Source of the DNA: Gammaproteobacteria bacterium
GTDB lineage: Bacteria > Pseudomonadota > Gammaproteobacteria > UBA4575
Direction: 5' to 3'
Length of the DNA stretch: 64,000 bases
Assembly (NCBI GenBank): GCA_965243395.1
Contig: CBDEUS010000002.1
Span: forward strand, 256,001-320,000
Shown here: positions 10,517 through 19,903 of the stretch, one piece after another
How the letters are laid out: the number at the start of each line of letters is the position of its first letter
How positions within the stretch are numbered: position 1 is the first letter of the stretch
Notes under the pieces: generated by a model
Databases searched by the model: none
Told to the model about the DNA's origin: nothing
Seen by the model: only the letters and a program-made list of their open reading frames with translations
Made by a program: the position numbers and the translations under genes

Positions 10517-10937
10517 AAAAAGAAGTTTAATTCTACGCGAGGTTAGCAATGTTGTTATACCTGCAGTGTTGCTGTATGCACTTTATGTACAATTCCATGG
10601 AGAATATGGTCCTGGGGGTGGTTTTCAAGCGGGGGTTATATTTGCTGCTGGGGTAATACTATATGCACTTGTTTATGGCAGAGAAAAAACACAAAAAATA
10701 TTTCCGAAAAATATTATTCGATATTTTGTGTCCATAGGTTTGCTGCTTTATGCAGGTGTTGGAGTTGTATCAATGTTTAAAGGTGGCAACTATCTTGATT
10801 ACAACGTTCTCTCTCACGTCTCTCAACATGGCCAGCATCTTGGTATCTTACTAATTGAACTAGGAGTTGGGATTACAGTTGCAGCTGTGATGATTATGAT
10901 TTTTTACATGCTAGACGAATACGCTGAAAAACAATGA
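10509..10937 (+). CDS. mrpB: Mrp antiporter subunit B
   Basis: HGEYGPGGGFQAGVI motif. Confidence 0.9.
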   Translation: MNKKRSLILREVSNVVIPAVLLYALYVQFHGEYGPGGGFQAGVIFAAGVILYALVYGREKTQKIFPKNIIRYFVSIGLLLYAGVGVVSMFKGGNYLDYNVLSHVSQHGQHLGILLIELGVGITVAAVMIMIFYMLDEYAEKQ

Positions 10938-11311
10938 TTGCAGATTTTTATAATTACTGGGTTGCAATAGTATTAATGATGATCGGTTTTTATATTGTAA
11001 TTTCCGATGCCAATCTTATTAAAAAAATGATTGGTATTAGTATTTTTCAAACTTCTGTGTTTATTTTCTTTATTTCAATGAGCAAAGTAGAAGGTGGTAC
11101 GGCTCCGATACTTATAGATGGAGTTAAACTTTATTCAAACCCATTGCCTCATGTATTGATATTAACCGCTATTGTTGTAGGAGTAGCAACAACTGCATTG
11201 GGTCTTGCGATCATTGCCCGTATCCATCGAGAATATGGCACAGTCGATGAAGATATTATTCATGCTAAAGATGAAGAGGAATACGAAGATAGTGATGAGG
11301 ATGTATCCTAG
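10934..11311 (+). CDS. mrpC: Mrp antiporter subunit C
   Basis: NLIKK, NPLPHVLILTAIVVG. Confidence 0.92.
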   Translation: MIADFYNYWVAIVLMMIGFYIVISDANLIKKMIGISIFQTSVFIFFISMSKVEGGTAPILIDGVKLYSNPLPHVLILTAIVVGVATTALGLAIIARIHREYGTVDEDIIHAKDEEEYEDSDEDVS

Positions 11312-12819
11312 TGCTTTCTCAGCATTTACTAGTATTACAGGTTGTGGTGCCTTTACTCTCTGCACCGCTTTGTGCACTTTTACCCTTAGCAAGCCCTGGA
11401 AAATTTTTTACTAACAGACTTGCTTGGCTAATAGCAACTGCTGCAAGTCTTATTTCCTTTGTAATTTCGATACTTCTTGCAATTGAAGTTTCAAAACACG
11501 GTTATATTAGTTACGAACTGGGTGGATGGGCACCTCCTTGGGGAATTGAGTATCGAATCGATCACTTAAGTGCGTATGTTCTTTTAATAGTTTCAGGCAT
11601 CGCGAGCATTACAATGCTCGCAGCACAAAAAAGTATCGAAAAAGAAATTGCACATGAAAAAATAAGTCTGTTTTATTCCGCATTTTTACTATGTCTAACG
11701 GGTTTACTTGGAATTGTTGCAACTGGTGATGCCTTTAACATTTTTGTTTTCTTAGAAATTAGTTCTCTTTCTTCTTATGTGTTAATTGCACTAGGTAATA
11801 ATCGCAAAGCATTAACGGCCTCTTATCAATATTTGATTATGGGAACGATTGGTGCGACATTCATTTTGATTGGTGTTGGTTTGCTTTATATGCTTACCGG
11901 GACATTAAACATAGTCGATCTACAACAAAAAATTCCGGACTTACTCACTTCTAGAGCACTTCATGCTGCATTTGCATTTTTTACTGTCGGTATTTCTCTA
12001 AAGCTTGCACTTTTACCCTTACATCTGTGGCTACCAAATGCCTATGCATACGCACCTTCAATGATTACTGTATTTTTATCCGCTACTGCGACCAAAGTTT
12101 CACTTTACGTTTTATTCCGGTTTTTCTTTGGTTTATTTTCTAATGAAGTCACTTTTGGAGAATTTCACCTAGATAAAATATTATTACCTTTATCCATTCT
12201 CGCAATTTTAATTGCCTCTTTCGTAGCTATCTTTCAAGACAACATTAAACGTATGTTTGCATATTCAAGTGTTGCTCAAATCGGTTACATGACCTTAGGT
12301 ATTGGCTTAGCATCAAAGAGTGGTAGTGTTGCTGGAATGCTGCATTTATTTAATCATGCAATCATTAAAGGTGGGATTTTTCTTGCTTTGGCTTGTATCG
12401 TGATTCGTACTAACTCGGTACAACTGAGTAATTTCGCAGGTCTTGGAAAACGCATGCCTTGGACGATGGCTGCCTTGTTGCTACTTGGTTTAGGATTAAT
12501 CGGTATTCCTTTCACAGCAGGATTTATTAGTAAATGGTACTTATTAATCGCAGCACTGGATCAAGGTAGCTGGCTCGCGGTTGCTGTAATTGTTGGTGGG
12601 TCTTTATTAGCCATTATTTATGTTTGGAAAGTGATTGAGTATGCGTATCTAAAACCATCAACCACACCAAACAATGAAGATACAATTTCAAGAAATGAAG
12701 CACCTTTGCAGATGCTAATCCCACTTTGGCTATTAGTTGCTGCTAATATTTATTTTGGTCTTGAAACCTCATTTAGTTTTGGTTTTGCCGATAGTGCGAT
12801 TAATGCTTTATTTAAATAA
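11311..12819 (+). CDS. mrpD: Mrp antiporter subunit D (proton-conducting membrane transporter)
   Basis: GGWAPPWGIE, TGDAFNIFVFLEI, LHLWLPNAY, AYSSVAQIGY; GTG start overlaps mrpC stop. Confidence 0.9.
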   Translation: MLSQHLLVLQVVVPLLSAPLCALLPLASPGKFFTNRLAWLIATAASLISFVISILLAIEVSKHGYISYELGGWAPPWGIEYRIDHLSAYVLLIVSGIASITMLAAQKSIEKEIAHEKISLFYSAFLLCLTGLLGIVATGDAFNIFVFLEISSLSSYVLIALGNNRKALTASYQYLIMGTIGATFILIGVGLLYMLTGTLNIVDLQQKIPDLLTSRALHAAFAFFTVGISLKLALLPLHLWLPNAYAYAPSMITVFLSATATKVSLYVLFRFFFGLFSNEVTFGEFHLDKILLPLSILAILIASFVAIFQDNIKRMFAYSSVAQIGYMTLGIGLASKSGSVAGMLHLFNHAIIKGGIFLALACIVIRTNSVQLSNFAGLGKRMPWTMAALLLLGLGLIGIPFTAGFISKWYLLIAALDQGSWLAVAVIVGGSLLAIIYVWKVIEYAYLKPSTTPNNEDTISRNEAPLQMLIPLWLLVAANIYFGLETSFSFGFADSAINALFK

Positions 12820-12837
12820 CACTTAACTCCTTATTAG

Positions 12838-14304
12838 ATGCACCCATTGTTACAACATTTCGAATTGTCCGTTGCAATACCATTGCTAGCTGTGTTGTTA
12901 ATTTTATTATTTCGCAATCAACCCTCATTGCGCGAAGCATCTTCTTTAATAATCGCATTGATCCTGTTCATTTTTACTACTCAATTTATCGGAAGCGAAC
13001 AGTTAGGTATCACACATACCCTATTCACTATCACGCCAGGGCTTTCTTTAGCTTTTCACATTGAACCGCTAGGCTTGATGTTTGCGTTACTCGCATCTGG
13101 TTTATGGATTGTTACGACGATTTATTCGATCGGTTACATGCGTGGCAATAATGAAAAAAACCAGACTCGATTTTATTTATTTTTTGCCTTATCCATTGCT
13201 GCAACCATGGGCATCGCATTTGCAGCAAATTTAGTTACATTATTTGTATTTTATGAAGCACTAACACTTTGCACATTTCCATTGGTTGCCCACAAACAAA
13301 ATGCAGATGCAAAAATAGGTGGGCGTATTTACTTAGGCATTTTACTTAGCACGTCAATTTTATTTTTCTTAACTGCGATCGTAGTGACCTGGCTACAAGC
13401 CGGTAGTTTAGATTTCGTTACAGGTGGAATTTTAGACGGAAATATTGGCAAAACGGGTGCAATAATCTTATTTACGCTATTTATGTTTGGCATCGGCAAG
13501 GCCGCCTTGATGCCATTTCATCGTTGGTTACCTGCGGCTATGGTTGCCCCCACACCGGTTAGTGCATTATTGCATGCTGTTGCGGTGGTGAAAGCGGGTG
13601 TGTTTTCGGTATTAAAAATTAGCGTCTATATCTTTGGCATAGATTTATTGGCTGATCAAAACGCGGCTCAATGGATTTTATGGATTGCGGTTGCCACGAT
13701 GCTGATTGCATCCATCATTGCGCTAAGTAAAGACAACTTTAAAGCACGTCTCGCTTATTCGACTGTAAGCCAATTGTCCTACATTGTAATTGGTGCAGCT
13801 TTAGCTAACCCCATTGCAGCGCTCGGTGGTGCCATGCATATCGTTACACATGCATTTGGCAAGATTACGCTATTCTTTTGTGCAGGTGCTGTCTATACCG
13901 CAACAAAACGAACTCAGATTAGCCAATTAAACGGGCTTGGAAAGCAGATGCCTTTCACTTTTACTGCTTATCTCATTGCCACGATAAGTATTATTGGATT
14001 ACCTCCTTTAGTAGGAAGTTGGAGTAAATGGTTTTTAATCGATGGCAGTTTAAACGTAGATAACTATATTGTGCTGTTAGCATTTGTATTAAGCACATTA
14101 CTTAACTGTGCTTATTTATTACCCGTAGCCTTGCGTGCATTTTTCAAAGCGCCCGATGATGGGGAGGTGAACCAAAACATAAAGATACAAGAAGCGCCTT
14201 TAGCTTGTGTGCTACCTTTATGTTTTACCGCGCTAGCCACATTCTTAATGTTCTTCTACATTCAACCTATTTATGAATTTTTAGCTCCGGCATTTCTACC
14301 GTAA
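12838..14304 (+). CDS. second MrpD/MrpA-like antiporter subunit
   Basis: FVFYE, PFHRWLPAAMVAPTPVSALLHAVAVVKAG, RLAYSTVSQ. Confidence 0.88.
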   Translation: MHPLLQHFELSVAIPLLAVLLILLFRNQPSLREASSLIIALILFIFTTQFIGSEQLGITHTLFTITPGLSLAFHIEPLGLMFALLASGLWIVTTIYSIGYMRGNNEKNQTRFYLFFALSIAATMGIAFAANLVTLFVFYEALTLCTFPLVAHKQNADAKIGGRIYLGILLSTSILFFLTAIVVTWLQAGSLDFVTGGILDGNIGKTGAIILFTLFMFGIGKAALMPFHRWLPAAMVAPTPVSALLHAVAVVKAGVFSVLKISVYIFGIDLLADQNAAQWILWIAVATMLIASIIALSKDNFKARLAYSTVSQLSYIVIGAALANPIAALGGAMHIVTHAFGKITLFFCAGAVYTATKRTQISQLNGLGKQMPFTFTAYLIATISIIGLPPLVGSWSKWFLIDGSLNVDNYIVLLAFVLSTLLNCAYLLPVALRAFFKAPDDGEVNQNIKIQEAPLACVLPLCFTALATFLMFFYIQPIYEFLAPAFLP

Positions 14305-14565
14305 ATGATAGATAACGACAAAAAACACTGGTTAGACCAGCAAAAAAATGTAAACAAAATTGTTTATCTGCTTTATTTTGTATGCGCAGCATTGTTAGTA
14401 ACAGAATTATACATTTTTATTTTTGGGCATAAACATGGACATTTTGATTTTGAGAATTGGTTTGGGTTTTATGCTTGGTTTGGCTTTCTTGCTTACATAA
14501 GTATTGTCATGAGTGCAAAATTCTTGCGCAGGTTTATTAAGCGTAAAGAAGATTATTATGACTAA
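14305..14565 (+). CDS. small 2-TM hypothetical protein within mrp operon
   Basis: Abuts upstream stop and overlaps downstream start; HKHGHF loop, KRKEDYYD end. Confidence 0.75.
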   Translation: MIDNDKKHWLDQQKNVNKIVYLLYFVCAALLVTELYIFIFGHKHGHFDFENWFGFYAWFGFLAYISIVMSAKFLRRFIKRKEDYYD

Positions 14566-16255
14566 TATACTTTTTCATCCTGCAATCATTTTAATTCTGG
14601 GTGGTTTGTTACAAACTATTTTGCCCACACAGTTACGTAGAATTTTTCTGCTTGTGTTACCAGTGTTAGGTGCATTTGTATTATTAAATTTAGATGCTGG
14701 TTTTTATGGTCAATATCATGTTTTTAATTACGAATTAACTTTACTACGTCTTGATAAATTAAGTTTCATCTTTGCGCTTATTTTTCATATTGCCTTATTT
14801 ATTGTTGCTATATATGCATGGCAAGAAAAAGACAAACTACAACTTGCAAGTATGTTTATTTACGCAGGCGCAGCAATCGGTGCAGTATTAGCAGGAGACT
14901 TACTGACTTTATTCATTTTTTGGGAAGTAACTGCCATTTCATCAGCCTTATTAATTTGGGCAAATAAAACCAAAGGCGCAATACGTGCAGGACAACGATA
15001 TTTTATTGTTCATGTAACTTCTGGTTTGTTTTTATTAGTTGGTGCAATCCTTCATTATCACTCAACCGGCTCACTGGCTTTTGATTATATAGGCATAGAA
15101 TCATTGTCTGGATGGTTGATCTTAATCGCCTTTGCTATTAAATGCGCTTTCCCTTTATTACATAACTGGTTACAAGATTCATATCCTGAAGCAAGCGTGG
15201 TAGGTACAGTTGCTTTATCTGTATACACTACAAAACTTGCCGTCTACGCACTTGCACGGGGTTATGCAGGCACTGAAATGTTGATTTGGATTGGCGCTCT
15301 GATGACCGCATTTCCGATCTTTTTTGCAGTAATTGAAAATGATTTACGTCGTGTACTTTCTTACAGTCTAAACAACCAACTGGGATTCATGGTAGTCGGT
15401 ATCGGCGTAGGTACTGAGCTGGCATTAAATGGAACCGTTGCTCATGCATTTGCGCATATTTTATATAAAGCCTTGTTGTTTATGAGCATGGGAGCCGTGC
15501 TTTATCGTGTAGGAACCACTAAGGCCTCGGAACTTGGGGGTCTATATAAATCTATGCCTTGGACAGCGGGTTTTTGCATTATTGGTGCGATGTCCATATC
15601 GGCTTTTCCATTACTAAGTGGTTTTGTTTCCAAAGCCATGATTCTCACTGCCGCTTCAGAGGAAGGTCATTGGCTCATATGGCTGGTGTTGCTATTCGCC
15701 TCCGCCGGTGTGCTTGATCATTCTGGGATTAAAGTTCCTTTCTTTAGCTTTTTCGCACATGACAGTGGCAAACGTTGCGCAGAAGCGCCCGCCAATATGC
15801 TCATTGCCATGGGTATCGCTGCAGGGTTCTGTATTGTAATTGGTGTATATCCAAGCTTGTTATATAACTTACTTCCACACACCGCTGACTTTATTCCCTA
15901 TACGGCCTCGCATGTAATAACCCAATTACAGCTTCTGCTATTTTCAGCATTGGCTTTTGTAGTGCTGTACCGAAGTAATTTATATCCGCCAGAAATACGT
16001 TCTACAAATTTAGATTTCGATTGGTTTTATCGGAAACCTGGAGCTTACTTAGCTAGAGGGTTTGCCGCTTTGATCTCACGCGGCGAAGAAAACATTTTGT
16101 GTGCTTTAAAGAAGCTTACCTATGTGGCAGGAGCCCGCTTACATCGCCATCATGGGCCTCAAGGTATTCTTTCTAGAACCTGGCCAACAGGAAGTATGGT
16201 GATGTGGGTAGCTTTTTTACTGGGTGCCTACTTAATTTTTTATTATATTTATTAA
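14558..16255 (+). CDS. third MrpD-like antiporter subunit
   Basis: LFIFWE, LHNWLQDSYPEA, ENDLRRVLSYS, HILYKALLFM; ATG at 14558 preferred over track start 14513. Confidence 0.88.
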   Translation: MTNILFHPAIILILGGLLQTILPTQLRRIFLLVLPVLGAFVLLNLDAGFYGQYHVFNYELTLLRLDKLSFIFALIFHIALFIVAIYAWQEKDKLQLASMFIYAGAAIGAVLAGDLLTLFIFWEVTAISSALLIWANKTKGAIRAGQRYFIVHVTSGLFLLVGAILHYHSTGSLAFDYIGIESLSGWLILIAFAIKCAFPLLHNWLQDSYPEASVVGTVALSVYTTKLAVYALARGYAGTEMLIWIGALMTAFPIFFAVIENDLRRVLSYSLNNQLGFMVVGIGVGTELALNGTVAHAFAHILYKALLFMSMGAVLYRVGTTKASELGGLYKSMPWTAGFCIIGAMSISAFPLLSGFVSKAMILTAASEEGHWLIWLVLLFASAGVLDHSGIKVPFFSFFAHDSGKRCAEAPANMLIAMGIAAGFCIVIGVYPSLLYNLLPHTADFIPYTASHVITQLQLLLFSALAFVVLYRSNLYPPEIRSTNLDFDWFYRKPGAYLARGFAALISRGEENILCALKKLTYVAGARLHRHHGPQGILSRTWPTGSMVMWVAFLLGAYLIFYYIY

Positions 16256-16713
16256 TGGAAGGTCTTCTTTTCGCCATCTTCTGAATCTTCTAATTCGATT
16301 TTTTCTTCATCTTTTGAAATTATTGCCGGTCTAAGCTCGGGTGAAGCATGATGTAAAATCATGTGCCAACTATCATTAGATTTTCGATAAATATTAGTAG
16401 CAATTATTTCAGACTGTAATTGACCTGCTAAATAAATAGATTCAATGACGTGATGAATTGCAATATCTTTATCTAGTAATACTCTTTTTTGGCTGATTTC
16501 AAATTTAATACTATTTTCGTGACTGAATATTTGTTCCCAACTCTCACGAATATTTAATTGCCCTTCTAAACGCGTACCGCCCGGGTGAATGCAGGTTGTA
16601 TCCTGGTCGTTTGCCCAAACTGACATCATCAATTCAAGATCAGATTCCTGAAAAGCAGCGTAAAATGCCTTTTCTGCTTCATCTGACGTTGTGAATATAT
16701 TATTTTCTTGCAT
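16252..16713 (-). CDS. SnoaL/NTF2-like family protein
   Basis: AFYAAF, CIHPG, IRESW, ATNIY, WxMxLHHAS pattern. Confidence 0.8.
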   Translation of the reverse strand: MQENNIFTTSDEAEKAFYAAFQESDLELMMSVWANDQDTTCIHPGGTRLEGQLNIRESWEQIFSHENSIKFEISQKRVLLDKDIAIHHVIESIYLAGQLQSEIIATNIYRKSNDSWHMILHHASPELRPAIISKDEEKIELEDSEDGEKKTFH

Positions 16714-16771
16714 AGTATCTTCGTCACATGATTGTTAAAGTATTTGATAGAAGCAAAGCATATAAATTGGT

Positions 16772-17110
16772 ATGTCTCAAGAAAAAAAAATTGCCTCTGT
16801 CGATGAAATAAACGATCCTGGCAGTAAAGGATTAAGCATTGATCTTAATGATGAAAAACTTGAGATTTTCATCGTTAAGAAAGACTCCCAGATCTCAGTA
16901 TATGAAAATTCATGTCCACATACACTCGGCCCTCTTGATTGGATGCCTGATCAATTTTTAGATTTAGATAACAAATATATTCAATGTGCGAATCATGGTG
17001 CTTTATTTGAAATTAATAATGGATTTTGTATTTATGGACCCTGTAAAAACCAAAGTCTTAAAAGTCTTCCATTTGAAGTAAAAGACAATCATATTTACTT
17101 ACTGGTTTAA
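16772..17110 (+). CDS. Rieske [2Fe-2S] ferredoxin
   Basis: CPH ... CANHGA ligand motifs, GPC. Confidence 0.9.
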   Translation: MSQEKKIASVDEINDPGSKGLSIDLNDEKLEIFIVKKDSQISVYENSCPHTLGPLDWMPDQFLDLDNKYIQCANHGALFEINNGFCIYGPCKNQSLKSLPFEVKDNHIYLLV

Positions 17111-17127
17111 TTCTTAACACAGCAACC

Positions 17128-18036
17128 ATGCTAGATCGCTTTAATGCTCTCTTTCCACTTTGGGCAATTCTCTTAAGCATGATTGCATATTATTTGCCTG
17201 AATTTTTTGTTCCGTTAAAACCAAGCATTATTTATTTGCTTGCTATTGTAATGTTAACGATGGGGATTACATTGCAATTAAACGATTTTAAAAAATTACT
17301 TTCGCTAAAAGCACTCATTCTGATTGGGCTCATTCTACAGTTCACAATTATGCCTTTAAGTGCATGGTTGATAGGTATATCGATGGGCCTTTCTCTCCCC
17401 TTACTTGCAGGAATGATATTAGTCGGCGCCTCTCCTGGTGGCACCGCATCCAATGTGATCTGCTATTTGGCCAAGGGTAATGTTGCACTCTCCTTAGCAT
17501 TGACCAGTTGTTCGACTTTACTTGCTGTAATCGCGACTCCTTTACTTACTTGGCTTTATTTAGGTCAAAGTATTGATGTACCGGTAAGCCAGATGATGAT
17601 GACTTTACTAAAAGTAATCATCTTGCCCGTGGCTTTGGGTGTACTCATTAACCATTTATTTGGTACAAGCTTAAAGAAGGTATTAAAAATATTCCCCAGT
17701 GTTTCAATACTCAGCATCTGCTTAATCATTGCGATTATTATTGCCAGCAATCAAAGCAAACTCCAAAACCTAGCATTCATCGTAATTTCAGCCGTAATTT
17801 TGCATAATTTTATAGGTTTAGTATCCGGCTATTTTTTCAGCAAGCTATTGGGATTTGATCATAGAAACTCTAAAACACTTGCAATTGAAGTGGGAATGCA
17901 AAATTCAGGCTTGGCCGTTGCCTTAGCCAATCAATATTTCCAAGCCGTTACAGCGCTCCCTGGAGCAGTTTTTTCAATATGGCATAATCTATCCGGCTCA
18001 ATACTTGCTACAATATGGTCGAAAACTAAAAATTAA
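17128..18036 (+). CDS. bile acid:sodium symporter (BASS) family, PanS-like
   Basis: LQFTIMP, PGGTASNV, AIEVGMQNSGLA, FSIWHN. Confidence 0.9.
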   Translation: MLDRFNALFPLWAILLSMIAYYLPEFFVPLKPSIIYLLAIVMLTMGITLQLNDFKKLLSLKALILIGLILQFTIMPLSAWLIGISMGLSLPLLAGMILVGASPGGTASNVICYLAKGNVALSLALTSCSTLLAVIATPLLTWLYLGQSIDVPVSQMMMTLLKVIILPVALGVLINHLFGTSLKKVLKIFPSVSILSICLIIAIIIASNQSKLQNLAFIVISAVILHNFIGLVSGYFFSKLLGFDHRNSKTLAIEVGMQNSGLAVALANQYFQAVTALPGAVFSIWHNLSGSILATIWSKTKN

Positions 18037-18058
18037 CCAATAAGAAGAGTTTTCAGTC

Positions 18059-18355
18059 ATGGCACTAAATACAACAATTTCTCTCCTCTGTGCTTTAATT
18101 AGTTGGGCACTGGCAATCTTTTTAGGTACGCAGCTACTGTCTGGCACCTTTGATGAGCGCACTTGCCAAACTTTATGTGTCCAAACTTTGTTCTGGATTT
18201 CATTTGCGATTGCAATCATCGGTTTAATTTTTAGCATAGGAGGGGTCTCGGTTGGAAAATCTAATTGGATAAAGATTATTTCTCTGCTTGCCTTAATTGG
18301 ACTTAGTGGGATTTATATCACTACAATTTTGATTGGAAATTTTAATATCCTTTAA
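18059..18355 (+). CDS. hypothetical 3-TM membrane protein
   Basis: 98 aa hydrophobic ORF with CxxxC, 22 nt after the BASS gene. Confidence 0.55.
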   Translation: MALNTTISLLCALISWALAIFLGTQLLSGTFDERTCQTLCVQTLFWISFAIAIIGLIFSIGGVSVGKSNWIKIISLLALIGLSGIYITTILIGNFNIL

Positions 18356-18466
18356 ATGTTAAAAATATTTAATAATGCTTATTAAGATTTACCTATAAAA
18401 TTACAACTTTATTCAACCTACAAATATAAACAACTTTGATCCTTTAAAATTAATCAGGAGTTAGAC

Positions 18467-18799
18467 ATGGCAGCTAAGTTTGAACTATATAAAGATAAGA
18501 AAGGCGAATTTAGATTTAGACTAAAGTCTGGAAATGGTGAAAATATTCTTGCAAGCGAGGGTTATAAGGCCAAAACAAGTGCTAAAAATGGTATTGAGTC
18601 AGTCAAAAAGAATGCCAAAGACGCAAAACGCTTTGAAATTAAAAAATCAAAAAGTGGCAAACACATGTTTAACTTAAAGGCAGGTAATTCACAAGTTATC
18701 GGCACTTCGCAAATGTATAAAACAGAAGCTGCATGCAACAACGGTGTTAAGAGTGTTAAAACGAATGCACCAAAAGCTAAAGTAGAAGATTTGTGCTAA
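18467..18799 (+). CDS. yegP: YegP/DUF1508 family protein
   Basis: Two repeats of FxLKxGNxxxIxxSxxYK....NGIxSVKxNA; AGGAG RBS. Confidence 0.9.
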   Translation: MAAKFELYKDKKGEFRFRLKSGNGENILASEGYKAKTSAKNGIESVKKNAKDAKRFEIKKSKSGKHMFNLKAGNSQVIGTSQMYKTEAACNNGVKSVKTNAPKAKVEDLC

Positions 18800-18876
18800 T
18801 CAATATGGGATTACGCGCAAGAATATAGGACTACAAGGCGCATCATGGATGATGCGAACACTTAATCATTATTAAA

Positions 18877-18906
18877 AATTATTACTAAATTCATTTAGTA
18901 ATAATT
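18877..18906. other. 14 bp AT-rich inverted repeat between convergent genes (possible bidirectional terminator or protein site)
   Basis: aattattactaaat-tc-atttagtaataatt. Confidence 0.45.
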
Positions 18907-18926
18907 ATTATCGCTGAATGTACTAA

Positions 18927-19262
18927 TTACAAAACTTCAACTGGCCCGTGGTCATCGCAATGATCACCATGCACATGATGTAATCGACCATCAACCAAAT
19001 AATCTATATGATCACCATGTGGAACTCTTTCATGTCCACAGTCAGGTCCATGTACATGATCTGTGCATGAGGTAACAGGTAAACATTCATTTGGATTAAC
19101 GTCACTAATCTCTAATGTATGTTCATCATAATGATCTTCATGGGGATGATGCATATGACCATCGTGCAAGTAGTCAATGTGGTCCGCATGACGTATTGCC
19201 GTGTGTCCACAACCCTCTTTATGAACATGCTCAGGATGAGTATGTGATTTAGTGCATTGCAT
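18927..19262 (-). CDS. His/Cys-rich two-repeat putative metal-binding protein
   Basis: Two copies of HVHxxxCGHxxxxHxDHIDYLxDGxxHHxHxDHxDxH; GGAGG upstream. Confidence 0.8.
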   Translation of the reverse strand: MQCTKSHTHPEHVHKEGCGHTAIRHADHIDYLHDGHMHHPHEDHYDEHTLEISDVNPNECLPVTSCTDHVHGPDCGHERVPHGDHIDYLVDGRLHHVHGDHCDDHGPVEVL

Positions 19263-19408
19263 ACCTGGACCTCCGAGATTACTTATTATTCTTATTAAAT
19301 TGTATTACAGCACGCATATTTTATCACTCAGTTGTACTGTATATATATTCAAACTAATTGTTTAAAACTCTGAAATAAATAGATTTAATGCACTAAATTA
19401 GCTCATTT

Positions 19409-19711
19409 CTAATTTGGCCAATCTACATCAAATGGAAACGGTCGATCTTCAGTGTTAAACGTAAGGTAAAGAATTATCTGATTTGTGTATGTGGCTAGCG
19501 ATTTACCAAATTCTTTTAATTTGTGATTCGTTTCACCAGTAAACAATACCCAGAAAAACTGCACGACTACAACCGCGCCTACAACTATTCTGGAAATTGA
19601 GTATAAAAACGTGATCACTAACATGAATAACAGACGCATCCAAATCGATTTAGATTTCAAATTCTTCGCTAAAGGAGATTCTTCCGCAGATGGTGATACA
19701 GTTTCGTTCAT
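19409..19711 (-). CDS. DUF4389-like membrane protein
   Basis: WMRLLFM, QFFWVLFTG, YLTFNTEDRPFPF; ATG at 19711 preferred. Confidence 0.8.
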   Translation of the reverse strand: MNETVSPSAEESPLAKNLKSKSIWMRLLFMLVITFLYSISRIVVGAVVVVQFFWVLFTGETNHKLKEFGKSLATYTNQIILYLTFNTEDRPFPFDVDWPN

Positions 19712-19860
19712 AATTAATCCCGTCAATCAATATAGTATGTATATAGATTTTATATTGGGCTGATTTTTTTAATTTCAAGGACAGAATTGAGTAAATAAGA
19801 TGTTTGTGTGGCTGTTTTAATCAATTGCGGTCGTTGCAAGATCAATTAACTTTAATCGGT

Positions 19861-19903
19861 TGCATCATCCCTGATGGACGTCTTATTCGCACTTCCCTGT
19901 GCT
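19861..19903. repeat. REP-like double hairpin after recG
   Basis: catca-tccc-tgatg and gcac-ttccct-gtgc; related hairpin cgcatca-tgga-tgatgcg at ~18839-18856. Confidence 0.4.

Noticed and set aside
19335-19354. LexA-box-like tactgtatatatattcaa upstream of the His-rich gene
   Set aside because: Right half-site is CAA instead of the required CAG; AT runs give such matches easily
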